A stretch of DNA of 31,797 bases, from NCBI GenBank assembly GCA_038217285.1, contig JBBQPO010000031.1, positions 1 through 31,797 of the forward strand, in the 5' to 3' direction. Below, one piece after another: positions 1 to 8,710 of this stretch. The notes below the pieces were generated by a model. It saw only the letters and a list, made by a program, of their open reading frames with translations. It did no database searches and was not told the DNA's origin. The translations under genes were made by a program, and so were the position numbers. This DNA is from Chthonomonadales bacterium (GTDB lineage: Bacteria; Armatimonadota; Chthonomonadetes; Chthonomonadales; Chthonomonadaceae). Position 1 is the first letter of the stretch, and every line of letters begins with the position of its first letter.

Positions 1-15
1 GTGATTGTCGGACAT
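1..15 (-). CDS. 5' end of a gene running off the left edge (MSDNH...)
   Basis: CAT at 13-15 (ATG on minus strand) preceded by a GGAGA Shine-Dalgarno (TCTCC at 20-24); only 5 codons visible. Confidence 0.45.
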
Positions 16-210
16 GGTGTCTCCTTTTTCTTTTGTCGGAACAAAGAGTACCATTTTCGACGGTCACCGCATCATTTTACCGGCCTAAAACCCGGTTTAA
101 GTGGACAAACTCACGCAGACATTAAAGGGTAGGGTACTGAAGGTGGCTTTAGATTTTACTTGCTATTCGACAGTTATTAGTCCAAATCCTACCCGACCTT
201 ACCTACTCGT

Positions 211-1368
211 CTATACGGTTTCGATGATTTCGACGTTGGCGCGGGGGACGGTGACGGTGCGGCCGTCTTCTAGTTTGGCTTCGAGGACGCGAACCATCGT
301 TTCGGATTCGACTTTTTGCAGCTTCTCGGGGAGGCCGGTGACGGAGCCGAGGATGCCGAAGTAGGGTTCGCGGATGACGCGGATCGGGGTGCCGATACCG
401 AGTTGGCCGCCTTCCGCCGCGTCGTTGTCGCCGCCGAGGGCGGTGGGGGCGTCGGCGAGAGGGACGACGACCTCGGGCCGAATGACGCCTGCGCGGATCT
501 GCGTGGCCCCGTTGATCGAGGCGGTCTTGCCCTGGAGCGACTGGAAGAGGGCGAAGGTGCGCTTCGCCATGTCGATGGTGCCGAAGCCCTCCGTGATCAT
601 CAGGGTGAAGGCGATAGGCTCCTGGCCTGTGATCGCGACGCCGATGTCGTAGCCGGGTTGATTCAGGGCCTCCGCCAGATAGTCCATCAGCTCGCGATCG
701 ATGACGCCGCCGCAGACGATCCCGATGACGCCGACCTGCACCGCCTTGCGCAGGGCCGCGCCCGAGACGTTGCTGCCGCCGACGACGATCTTGCCGGCAT
801 GGGCCGCAGTCAGCGTGGCCTCGGTAATCGGCTTGTCCGGGCCGTCGGTCACGACCACGATCTCGCCCAGCCGCTCGCCGCCGACTCCGAAGATCCCCTG
901 CACCAGCGCCCCCTCGCAGCGCACAATCACGCCTTCGCCAGGGATCACCTTCGCGACCGTGCCGCGAATATAGGCGTCCTTCTCGACCGGCGTCGGCGCT
1001 TCACGCACCCCAACGTGGCCCGTCGAGGGCGAGATCAGCTCCACCTTGCCGCCGAAGGGCGAACGGAACTCGCTGCGGAAGAACTTGCCGAACAGCCCCT
1101 TGGTCTCCGCGATCACGTCGTCCTTCTGAAGGGTATCGCCGACCTTGATCTTCAGCACACCCGCCACCTCCGACGCCTCGATGCCCATGCGCTCCGCCAC
1201 CTTGATGGTCTGCATGAGGCCGGGCAGCTCCGTCCGCGCCACCACCGTGTTCGGCGTGACGATCTCACCTTCGCGTACCAGTACGGTGCCCTTCAGAGGC
1301 AGGCGGCGCAGTTTCTCAATCGTGGTACGGGCGCTGACGCGCAGGCCCGGCGTATATGCAGTTCCCAA
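211..1368 (-). CDS. Conserved hypothetical GlmL-partner protein (barrel-sandwich-hybrid-like N-term, swivelling beta/beta/alpha-like middle, KOW-like C-term)
   Basis: 385-aa ORF with TTG start and AGGAG SD. Segments 'KGTVLVREGEIV' and 'KIKVGDTLQKDDVIAE...SPFGGKV' resemble lipoyl/biotinyl hybrid folds; 'GKIVVGG...LRKAVQVGVIGIVCGG'; 'LGIGTPIRVIREPYFGILGSV' is KOW-like. Confidence 0.8.
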   Translation of the reverse strand: MGTAYTPGLRVSARTTIEKLRRLPLKGTVLVREGEIVTPNTVVARTELPGLMQTIKVAERMGIEASEVAGVLKIKVGDTLQKDDVIAETKGLFGKFFRSEFRSPFGGKVELISPSTGHVGVREAPTPVEKDAYIRGTVAKVIPGEGVIVRCEGALVQGIFGVGGERLGEIVVVTDGPDKPITEATLTAAHAGKIVVGGSNVSGAALRKAVQVGVIGIVCGGVIDRELMDYLAEALNQPGYDIGVAITGQEPIAFTLMITEGFGTIDMAKRTFALFQSLQGKTASINGATQIRAGVIRPEVVVPLADAPTALGGDNDAAEGGQLGIGTPIRVIREPYFGILGSVTGLPEKLQKVESETMVRVLEAKLEDGRTVTVPRANVEIIETV

Positions 1369-1407
1369 CGAGCGGGGTTCTCCTGTCGTGAAATAGGGGG
1401 ATCGGTG

Positions 1408-2049
1408 TCAGTTCTTCATGTCCAGACGCGTCTGCGTCACGATATGGCCGTCGGCATAGAGCAGAACGGTCATGGCGTTTTTATCGTCGTCGGCATAGTG
1501 CGGGAAGCTCATCTGCTTCAGCAGCTCCTCCTTATGGGAGAGGTTGTCCTGCGGAGGCAGCAAGGCATGCGCGTTGCGCGGCGCACCGACTCGTTCGACC
1601 AGCAACAGCAGGTCGTGCGGATCGATCTTGTTCCTGCGGTCGTCCGCTTTGCCGTTCGGCTCCAGATTGTAGCCTGCGGCGGCCTCGTTGTAGACATAGC
1701 CCACGGCTCCCAGTTCGCTGGTGCCGGTCAGATAGGCCTCTTTGCCCCCCGGACGCGCCTGCGACGAGTTCAGATAGCCGCTCACGGCGTCCGACCAGCT
1801 CTCGGCGGGCGGGAGCTTGCTGTCGTAGTCCAGGGAGTAGCCGCGCATGGCGCGGTATATATTGAGCAGATTGTCCTGCGCGATAACGAGGTCGCGCCGC
1901 GACTTGAATCCCTCGACCGCCTTCCAGCCGCCATACAGCAGCGCCATCACGATCAGCGCAACGATAGCCAGCGAAATGCGGGTCATCTCCCGCTGCCCCA
2001 GGCGCCACGTCGCCTTTCTTTTGAACTCCGGCGTTTCGATTTCCGACAT
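1408..2049 (-). CDS. Membrane-anchored pilin-like protein (DUF1559/H-X9-DG-like tail)
   Basis: One TM helix (ISLAIVALIVMALLYGGW), 'NLLNIYRAMRGYSLDYDSKLP' and C-terminal 'FPH...TVLLYADGH'. Start could also be 2082. Confidence 0.65.
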   Translation of the reverse strand: MSEIETPEFKRKATWRLGQREMTRISLAIVALIVMALLYGGWKAVEGFKSRRDLVIAQDNLLNIYRAMRGYSLDYDSKLPPAESWSDAVSGYLNSSQARPGGKEAYLTGTSELGAVGYVYNEAAAGYNLEPNGKADDRRNKIDPHDLLLLVERVGAPRNAHALLPPQDNLSHKEELLKQMSFPHYADDDKNAMTVLLYADGHIVTQTRLDMKN

Positions 2050-2145
2050 AGTGCTCTTCGCCTTTTTCCCGACAGGATGCATAGGAGAGACAGGACGGCT
2101 CCGCTTCCCTGTACGGGCAGCGGCTCCCCTTTCCTCACAACCCGT

Positions 2146-3981
2146 CTACTGGGCGCTGGGCAGGTTCATGGCGGCGAGCCACTCTTTCATCTTGGCGATA
2201 CGGGCGCTGTCCTCGGTCGGAATCTGAAGCGGACGGCCGCGCGTGTCGATGATCACGCCGGCCACGCCGCCCTGCACCGTGCGCTGGATCTCTTTGCCCT
2301 TGCCCTCCCCGAGGTCGAACTGGCGGGCGGGCGTCACGGTGATCTCCGTCTCTTGCGGCTCGCCCTCCTCACCGTTCTTGAAGCCGAGCGGATAGACGCG
2401 GATCGTGCCGAAGGGAATCGCCTCCGTCTTGCCGCCGATGGTGACGGTGACGCACGGATCGCCCTCTTTCGCTACCCCAACGGGAGCGATGCAGGTGCCG
2501 AGATAGATCAAGCAGTCGCGCTCGAACACCTGGGTCGCCGCCTCCGGATGGACCGTGGAGAGGATTCCGAGCTGGGGCATCATGAAGATCGAGTCGACGG
2601 TCAGGAGGGTGAAGCCTTCGGGCTGATAGGCGTCCATCATCATTAGGGCCGCCTGTGCGCGGCGCGGCGCGTGGGAGAGCACGCCCCCGGAGCCGACGAT
2701 CATGTCCAGCTTCATCAGGTTGACCAGCGTCTGCCCGCTGCCCTTCTGATCGAAGATGTTGCCGACGTTCTTCTCCATCGTCACGCCCGTCAGTCCGCGC
2801 GCGAGGGACTTGTGGTGGTCGAACGCCAGGCGCAGCGCCTCTCGGCTGACCGCCTGCTCGATCTGCAGGTCCATGAGACGCTGCGGAATGGTGGTGGGGC
2901 GGATCATCTTGTTGCGGAGTTGGTTGCGAAGGTCGGCCTCGGAGACGGCGAAGGGCAGCCAGCGCTTGATATTATCGACCTTCGCCTCCGTCAGCACATT
3001 GCAGATGGAGTAGGACATGCCGAGGTTCGCGGAGACGGTGCGGTTGAAGATGTGGCTGAAGACGGAGAAGACGTCGGTGGTCGCGCCGCCGATATCGACG
3101 CCGAGAACGTTGATGCCCCGCTGCTCGGCGATGGTCTGCATGATCTTGCCGACCGCGTTGGGCGTGGACATGATGCCGGTGCTGGTCCAGCCGGAGAGCT
3201 TGCCGTAGCCCGGCGCCTGCTGCATCACGTGCTCCAGGAACAGATCGTGGATGGCTTCGCGGGCGGGCAGCAGATTCTCGCGCTCCAGCGTGGGGCGCAG
3301 GTTCTCGACCTGCCGCAAGGCGACCTTATCGCCGATCAGGTCTTCCACCTGCTTATACGCGTCTTTATTGCCCGCGTAGATGACCGGCAGATTGAGGCCG
3401 ATGCCGAGTCGGGGCTTGGGATCGGCGGAGAGCAGCATCTCCGCCATCTCGACCAGATGGTTGACGGTGCCGCCGTCCGTGCCGCCGGACATCAGGATCA
3501 TGTCCGGGCGCAGTTGGCGCAGGCGCTCGACGCGCTGGTACTCTTTGCGGCCATCGTCCACCGCGATCACATCGATAATAATGGCGCCTGCGCCGAGGGC
3601 GGCGCGCTGCGCCGATTCCGCGCTCATCGCCTTGACGACGCCCGCGACCGTCATCTGCAGGCCTCCGCCCGCGCTGGAGGTCGAGAGATAGAGGTCCACG
3701 CCCGTCTTGTCGTCCTGCGAGGGGGTCATCGGCTTGCCGTCGGCGCCGAGGATTTTCCGGCCGCTGAGCTCCTCCACCTCCCGCACGGCGTTGATGACGC
3801 CGACGGTGACATCGTCGAACGGCGCTTCGACCGTCGTGGGGGCTTCGCCACGCGTCGTCAGGCGATACTGGCCGTCCGGCTGCAGTTCGATCAGAATGGC
3901 TTTGGTGGTAGTGCTCCCACAGTCGGTGGCGAGAATGGAGCGGGCGCGGATCGCGTCCTTGAGGTCGTGCTGTTCGCTCAT
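2146..3981 (-). CDS. glmL: Glutamate mutase L / MutL-family ASKHA ATPase (reactivase-like)
   Basis: 611 aa with motifs TDCGSTTTK, SSAGGGL, AALGAGA, SGGTDGG, VDIGGATTDVFS, RTVSANLGMS and GSGGVLSHAP, typical of the GlmL family. Confidence 0.85.
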   Translation of the reverse strand: MSEQHDLKDAIRARSILATDCGSTTTKAILIELQPDGQYRLTTRGEAPTTVEAPFDDVTVGVINAVREVEELSGRKILGADGKPMTPSQDDKTGVDLYLSTSSAGGGLQMTVAGVVKAMSAESAQRAALGAGAIIIDVIAVDDGRKEYQRVERLRQLRPDMILMSGGTDGGTVNHLVEMAEMLLSADPKPRLGIGLNLPVIYAGNKDAYKQVEDLIGDKVALRQVENLRPTLERENLLPAREAIHDLFLEHVMQQAPGYGKLSGWTSTGIMSTPNAVGKIMQTIAEQRGINVLGVDIGGATTDVFSVFSHIFNRTVSANLGMSYSICNVLTEAKVDNIKRWLPFAVSEADLRNQLRNKMIRPTTIPQRLMDLQIEQAVSREALRLAFDHHKSLARGLTGVTMEKNVGNIFDQKGSGQTLVNLMKLDMIVGSGGVLSHAPRRAQAALMMMDAYQPEGFTLLTVDSIFMMPQLGILSTVHPEAATQVFERDCLIYLGTCIAPVGVAKEGDPCVTVTIGGKTEAIPFGTIRVYPLGFKNGEEGEPQETEITVTPARQFDLGEGKGKEIQRTVQGGVAGVIIDTRGRPLQIPTEDSARIAKMKEWLAAMNLPSAQ

Positions 3982-4044
3982 GGCGTTGCGTTGTCTCTCC
4001 GGATCAGGGTAAGGGCCTTCCGCGTCTTAACCACGGAACCTCCT

Positions 4045-4053
4045 ATTTTAGCA
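4045..4053 (-). promoter_or_regulatory. Extended -10 promoter element for the glmL operon
   Basis: Minus-strand TGCTAAAAT about 64 nt upstream of the glmL ATG. Confidence 0.5.
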
Positions 4054-4122
4054 CACGCCGCACAGGAAATACAGAGGCAGAACAGGAAGGCAGGAAGAAA
4101 GGAAGGCAGGAGAAGAAGAGGG

Positions 4123-4194
4123 GGCTCCGGTTCTGAGGTTGCTCCGTCCGAAGGACGGTCCGGCGGAGCCGCGTAGCGAGGGGTGCGAACCCCT
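4123..4194. repeat. Short GC-rich multi-hairpin, REP-like element
   Basis: GGCTCCG/CGGAGCC (4123-4129/4164-4170) encloses CCGTCC-GAA-GGACGG (4144-4158); followed by GTAG and AGGGGT-GCGA-ACCCCT (4179-4194). Confidence 0.4.
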
Positions 4195-4331
4195 TGATGA
4201 TCGGTTGTAGGCCATCGGGTATTGTAGGTCCAGGTTTTAGTGTATACTGTCTAATACCCAATTGGGGCGTGGTTTTCGGCCCTGCGTGGTCCGATCGGCG
4301 ACAGGCCGAACAAGGAGTTTGAGCAGAAATC

Positions 4332-4784
4332 ATGAACATCGTCATTCTCGGGTGTGGGCGCGTCGGCTCGACCTTCGCACGGCTGATGTATCGCGATGGC
4401 CATACAGTCACCGTCATCGATATGCAGAGCGAGTCGTTCCGCCGACTGGGAACCCGCTTCAAAGGCAATCGCATCATCGGCAACGGGATCGATGAGGACG
4501 TGCTGCGGCGGGCGGGCGTCGAAAACGCCGAGGTGTTTTTCGCCGCCACACAGGGCGATAACCGCAACATCATGGCGGCGCAGATCGCCCAGCATACCTT
4601 TAAGGTGCCGCGCGTCATCGCCCGCATCTACGACCCCATTCGCGCCGACCGCTACCGACAACTCGGGATCATCACGCTCTGCACCACGACCATCGCCTCC
4701 GGCCTGCTGCGCGACTTCGTGACCACCAACGAGTGGGGACTGGCGAAAGACTACTCGGAAGAGTATCTCGCGCAAAACGTTTAA
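4332..4784 (+). CDS. trkA: TrkA family K+ uptake regulatory protein, RCK_N domain only
   Basis: NIVILGCGRVG Rossmann motif, GDNRNIMAAQIA, VIARIYDP; AGGAG SD. Confidence 0.9.
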   Translation: MNIVILGCGRVGSTFARLMYRDGHTVTVIDMQSESFRRLGTRFKGNRIIGNGIDEDVLRRAGVENAEVFFAATQGDNRNIMAAQIAQHTFKVPRVIARIYDPIRADRYRQLGIITLCTTTIASGLLRDFVTTNEWGLAKDYSEEYLAQNV

Positions 4785-4804
4785 CAGGGGCTAAGAGGAC
4801 AGGA

Positions 4805-5458
4805 ATGTACATAATCATCGTCGGCGGGGGCAACATCGGTTACTACCTCGCCAAACAGCTTTGCGCGGCCAAACACGAAGTGCTGCTGCTCGAAAAAGAC
4901 CGGACCCGCTACCGGATTCTGGCCGAAGAGCTCGGGGAAGTCGTCATGCAGGGCGATGGCTGCCAGGCCGACCAGCAGTTGGAGGCCGGGTTCGGCCGCG
5001 CCGACGCCGTGGTCGCCACCACCGGCAGCGACGACGACAATCTCGTGGTCTGTCAGATGGCGAAGATGGAGTTCAACGTCCCCCGCACCATCTCCCGCGT
5101 CAACGATCCGCGCAGCGAAAAACTGTTCCATCAGCTCGGCATCGACGCCACCGTGAGCTCGACCAAGATCATCTACAACCTGATCGAGCAGGAGGTCGGC
5201 GGCGGCGAGATGATTCCGCTTGCCGCGCTCAACCGGGGCAATATCGAGATCGTGGAGATCGAGATCGGCACGAAGTCGCCTGTGCTCAACAAGCAGGTGA
5301 AAGACCTGGATCTGCCGCCGGAGGCGCTGATCATCTCCATCATTCGCGACGACCACGCCGTGCTGCCCTCCGGAGATACTACCTTCCTGCTGCACGACAG
5401 TGTCATCGCGCTCGTCAACGCCGACCGGGAGCCGGAACTCCGCAACGTCTTCGCCTGA
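4805..5458 (+). CDS. trkA: TrkA family K+ uptake regulatory protein (RCK_N + RCK_C)
   Basis: YIIIVGGGNIG, TGSDDDNLVVCQMAK, C-terminal TrkA-C 'LDLPPEALIISIIRDD..LPSGDT'; ATG at 4805 follows GAGGA. Confidence 0.9.
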   Translation: MYIIIVGGGNIGYYLAKQLCAAKHEVLLLEKDRTRYRILAEELGEVVMQGDGCQADQQLEAGFGRADAVVATTGSDDDNLVVCQMAKMEFNVPRTISRVNDPRSEKLFHQLGIDATVSSTKIIYNLIEQEVGGGEMIPLAALNRGNIEIVEIEIGTKSPVLNKQVKDLDLPPEALIISIIRDDHAVLPSGDTTFLLHDSVIALVNADREPELRNVFA

Positions 5459-5478
5459 TCCGCCGGGAGGCAAACCCA

Positions 5479-6000
5479 ATGTCTGAGCCTTCCAACTTAC
5501 GGGAGTATGCGGTCAAAGCGATTCAGCCCCGGCTGGAACGGATGCTGTCGCATCTGGACGGCGCGAAAGAGGGCGACCGGCCCGAGCCGATCAAACAGAT
5601 GCGGGTCTGGTCGCGCCGCACCCGCGCCGCGCTGGAAGTGTTCCACGACTGTTTTCCCGAGAAGGAGTTTCGCGGCTTCGAGCGTGAGATCAAGACCGTG
5701 ACGGGCGCGCTCGGGGAGGCCCGCGACCTCGACGTGATGATCGACACCCTTACCAAACGCGAGGCGGGACTGCCGCCGCAGCAGCGGGCCGGACTCGCCT
5801 CGTTCATCGCGCAGATGCAGGCCCAGCGGGACGAGGCGCAGAAGGCGGTGCGCGAAACCATCGAACACCTCGAACATCGGGATCTACTAGGGCATTTCCA
5901 GGCGATTGCCGAGGCCCCGCCGAAAGCGGAAGCGGCTCCGAAAGCGGCTCCGAAGACAAAATCCCACAAACAGAGGAGGCGTCGGCATGGCAAGAGCTGA
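5479..6000 (+). CDS. CHAD domain protein, N-terminal-half type (polyphosphate binding)
   Basis: ATG at 5479 after GGGAGG; motifs 'IKQMRVWSRRTRAALEVF' and 'LGEARDLDV'. Confidence 0.8.
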   Translation: MSEPSNLREYAVKAIQPRLERMLSHLDGAKEGDRPEPIKQMRVWSRRTRAALEVFHDCFPEKEFRGFEREIKTVTGALGEARDLDVMIDTLTKREAGLPPQQRAGLASFIAQMQAQRDEAQKAVRETIEHLEHRDLLGHFQAIAEAPPKAEAAPKAAPKTKSHKQRRRRHGKS

Positions 6001-6778
6001 ACCTATTCATGGCCTGGAACCGGAGGCGCCGCTCGCCGTCAATGCCGCCCTGATCATCGGCACACGTCTCCAGGAGATGCTGGCTTTTGCGCCCTGCCTT
6101 CTGGACGCGGAAGCTGTCTACGAACTGCATCAGATGCGGATTGCGGCCAAGCGCCTGCGCTACACGATGGAGCTGTTTCAGGAGATCTATGCCCCGAATC
6201 CCGATTTCGCCGCCCGCTTTACGGCCTCGCTGGAGACCGTCAAGACGCTGCAGGATCATCTGGGCTTTCTGCACGACGCCGATGTGCTGGTGCCGCAGTT
6301 GACCGAGCATCTGACGCATCTGCTGAAGGATAGCTTCGGCATGGATCATCGGGGGGAGCCGGTGGCCGGGGTGCATTTCGTGGATTTCGACGGCGGAATC
6401 GGCCTGCTGACTCTCTGTCGCGAGACGCGTTTCGAGCGGGACGCCCGTTACGCGAAGTTTCTGACCGACTGGACGCTGTGGCAAGAGCAGGAACTTTTCG
6501 CTCACCTGATCGCTCTGCTGGAAGAGGCCGTGCAGCCCGTGCCTTCCTCTGAATCACCCGTCGCGCCCCCCGAGGCCGACGCTCCACCGCCCGCTGCCCA
6601 GGAGGTGACCGACCGTGCCGAAACCCGCCTCGAACCCGACAGACCCGCCCGCCGCGACGCCCCGCGCCGCCGACGCCCGATCGACCCCTTCCGGGTCGCC
6701 CCCGCCCCGTCGCCTCGCCGACATACCCGGACTGGGACCGATCCGTCTCCGCGCCCTCCAAAAGGCGGGTCTGGATAA
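5987..6778 (+). CDS. CHAD domain protein, C-terminal-half type
   Basis: ATG at 5987 after GAGGAGG; 'LHQMRIAAKRLRYTMELF' and 'LQDHLGFLHDADV'; Pro/Arg-rich tail overlaps the next gene. Confidence 0.8.
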   Translation: MARAEPIHGLEPEAPLAVNAALIIGTRLQEMLAFAPCLLDAEAVYELHQMRIAAKRLRYTMELFQEIYAPNPDFAARFTASLETVKTLQDHLGFLHDADVLVPQLTEHLTHLLKDSFGMDHRGEPVAGVHFVDFDGGIGLLTLCRETRFERDARYAKFLTDWTLWQEQELFAHLIALLEEAVQPVPSSESPVAPPEADAPPPAAQEVTDRAETRLEPDRPARRDAPRRRRPIDPFRVAPAPSPRRHTRTGTDPSPRPPKGGSG

Positions 6779-7328
6779 CCTGGCTGCCCTGCGTGCCGCT
6801 TCTCTGGAGACGCTGCTGGCGGTGCCCGGCCTGACCGAGATCAAAGCGCGCCATATACAGACGTTCCTCGCGCCCTTCAAAAACCTGCCGAAGACCGAGC
6901 CGGCCCCGGCCGGTAAGGCTGGCTCCTCGTCGCTGGTGCAGTGGGAGACCTCCCCTGCCGCCGCGCCCGCCCTCTCTCCCCTGACGGCGGAGGCCGTTCG
7001 CGCACTCGGGCAGACGGCCCGCTTCCTGCTCGGCGTCCACGCTCCCCAGTTTCGCAACCGGCTTCTGCGGGAGCTGGCGCGCTTCGCCGAACGCGCAGAG
7101 ACGCTGATTCTGGAGCCGGGCGACCTGCAAGCGGCGGAGCAGGAGCAGCGTATGCGCCAACTGCGCCGGGGAGGCGAGGAGTTTATCGCCGCCGACGCGC
7201 AGCCGGAGCTGGACCGAAAGACGCAGTCCAAACTCGCCGACACGCTCGCGGAGATCAACATCGCGCTGGGCGCACCGGCGGACACGGAGCCCGCCAAAGA
7301 GAAGGAGAAGTCCAAGTCTCATGTCTGA
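6615..7328 (+). CDS. Helix-hairpin-helix (HhH) domain protein
   Basis: GTG start after GGAGGTGA; two HhH motifs, 'LADIPGLGPIRLRALQKAG' and 'LLAVPGLTEIKARHI'. Confidence 0.75.
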   Translation: MPKPASNPTDPPAATPRAADARSTPSGSPPPRRLADIPGLGPIRLRALQKAGLDNLAALRAASLETLLAVPGLTEIKARHIQTFLAPFKNLPKTEPAPAGKAGSSSLVQWETSPAAAPALSPLTAEAVRALGQTARFLLGVHAPQFRNRLLRELARFAERAETLILEPGDLQAAEQEQRMRQLRRGGEEFIAADAQPELDRKTQSKLADTLAEINIALGAPADTEPAKEKEKSKSHV

Positions 7329-8322
7329 TCCGGAGGTGATGGAGTACCGCAGCCCGCTGCCCCTGCCCCCCGATGCCGCGCTCTACGCCGGGATCGACGT
7401 CGGCAGCAATACCGTCAAGATGGTCATCGCCGATCTCGGCGGCGGCCGCGCCAACCGCATCTATGAGGCCTCTCTGCAGTCGCGCCTGGGCGAAGGCATG
7501 ATGGCGCAGGCGCGCCGTCTGCGCGAGGTGCCTATCCTGCGCACCCTCGACGCCTTCGACCATTTCCTCGCTGCCGTGCGCTCCTACGAGGTGAAGCAGA
7601 CCGTCGCGATCGGCACCGCCGCCCTGCGCGACGCCGAGAATAGCGCCGACTTTCTGCGCCGGGTCGAAGAGCGCTCTGGCCTGAAGATCGAGATCATCCC
7701 TGGCGAAGAGGAGGCGCGGCTCTCCTATCTCGCCGTGCGCCGCGACCCGCAGTGGCGCGACGTTCCGCGCCTGCTGGCGATCGACATCGGCGGCGGCAGC
7801 ACGGAGGTGATCCAGGGCGAGGCGAACAGCGACCGTATCGCCGACCGCATCAGCGTCAACTGGGGCGCGGTGAAGCTGACCGAAAACTTTCTGAAGTCCG
7901 ACCCTCCAGCGGTCGCCCAACTTGCGGCGGCGCATCTGGCGGCCTCCGAGGCGTTCGCCGCCGTTCCGCTTTCCGAAAACTTTACGCAGGCGGAGACGCG
8001 TGTCGTCGGCATAGGCGGCACCGTCTCCAATCTCGCCGCCCTTCAGCGCGGCGGCCGCACCATCACCGAGAGCATGCACGGCTACACCCTGCACGCCGAC
8101 GATCTGGAAGAGGTTCTCGCCCTACTGGCCTCCAGCACCATCGCGGAGCGCAAGACCTTTCCCGGCCTCGACCCGCGCCGCGCCGACATCATCCTCGGCG
8201 GCGCGATCCTGCTCTCCCAGGCGCTCGCCCACCTCGGCAGCCTCACCGTCGAAGTGAGCACCCGCGGCCTCCGTTGGGGACTCCTCTACGACCGCTTCCT
8301 CGAACCCCGCCCCGAAGCTTGA
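7321..8322 (+). CDS. ppx: Ppx/GppA exopolyphosphatase, short form without HD domain
   Basis: GIDVGSNT, GTAALRDAEN, GEEEARLSY, DIGGGSTE, GIGGT, RRADIILGGA, GLRWG. Confidence 0.92.
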   Translation: MSDPEVMEYRSPLPLPPDAALYAGIDVGSNTVKMVIADLGGGRANRIYEASLQSRLGEGMMAQARRLREVPILRTLDAFDHFLAAVRSYEVKQTVAIGTAALRDAENSADFLRRVEERSGLKIEIIPGEEEARLSYLAVRRDPQWRDVPRLLAIDIGGGSTEVIQGEANSDRIADRISVNWGAVKLTENFLKSDPPAVAQLAAAHLAASEAFAAVPLSENFTQAETRVVGIGGTVSNLAALQRGGRTITESMHGYTLHADDLEEVLALLASSTIAERKTFPGLDPRRADIILGGAILLSQALAHLGSLTVEVSTRGLRWGLLYDRFLEPRPEA

Positions 8323-8455
8323 CACAGCACATTGCTTGCGTCGAGCAGGCGGCCATTCGGTTTAGGGTTAATGCAGAGGTTGCTGCAAAATGGACTGGTC
8401 TGACTGCACCTTAACGAGCGAGGGACACTCGTAATATGATAAAGGAGAATCCAGC

Positions 8456-8710
8456 ATGAGAATTCGGATGGGCAATGATGAGTTCATTCTGTATATTCGG
8501 AAGACTAAACTGGGGTGCGCGAAATCGAATGAGCAGTTAGGTAAGGAAATATGGATCTGGCTTCGAGACCAAGCGAACGGCACAAAAACTGTAGAGGATC
8601 AGCCATGTGTTTGGGAATTTGGTCAGCACGGACTTCCGAAAACGGCCGCTCAGTTCGTCTTTGACCGAGCGCAGCTCCCTGAGCTATTCACGTTCCTGGA
8701 CAGTCTGTAA
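8456..8710 (+). CDS. Small hypothetical protein (84 aa)
   Basis: AAGGAG SD before ATG, protein-like composition, lies in the AT-richer islet. Confidence 0.6.
   Translation: MRIRMGNDEFILYIRKTKLGCAKSNEQLGKEIWIWLRDQANGTKTVEDQPCVWEFGQHGLPKTAAQFVFDRAQLPELFTFLDSL

Noticed and set aside
316-4176. Long plus-strand ORFs (316-2646, 2671-4176)
   Set aside because: Antisense shadows of GC-rich real genes on the minus strand; no motifs.
4100-4330. c-di-AMP (ydaO) riboswitch upstream of trkA
   Set aside because: Conserved GCUGAA, GGGGGACCCA and CCCGUCAGCUAAC elements are not found.
4861-5478. N-terminal 206 aa of ORF 4861-6000
   Set aside because: Overlaps trkA in another frame; the CHAD gene most likely starts at ATG 5479 after GGGAGG.
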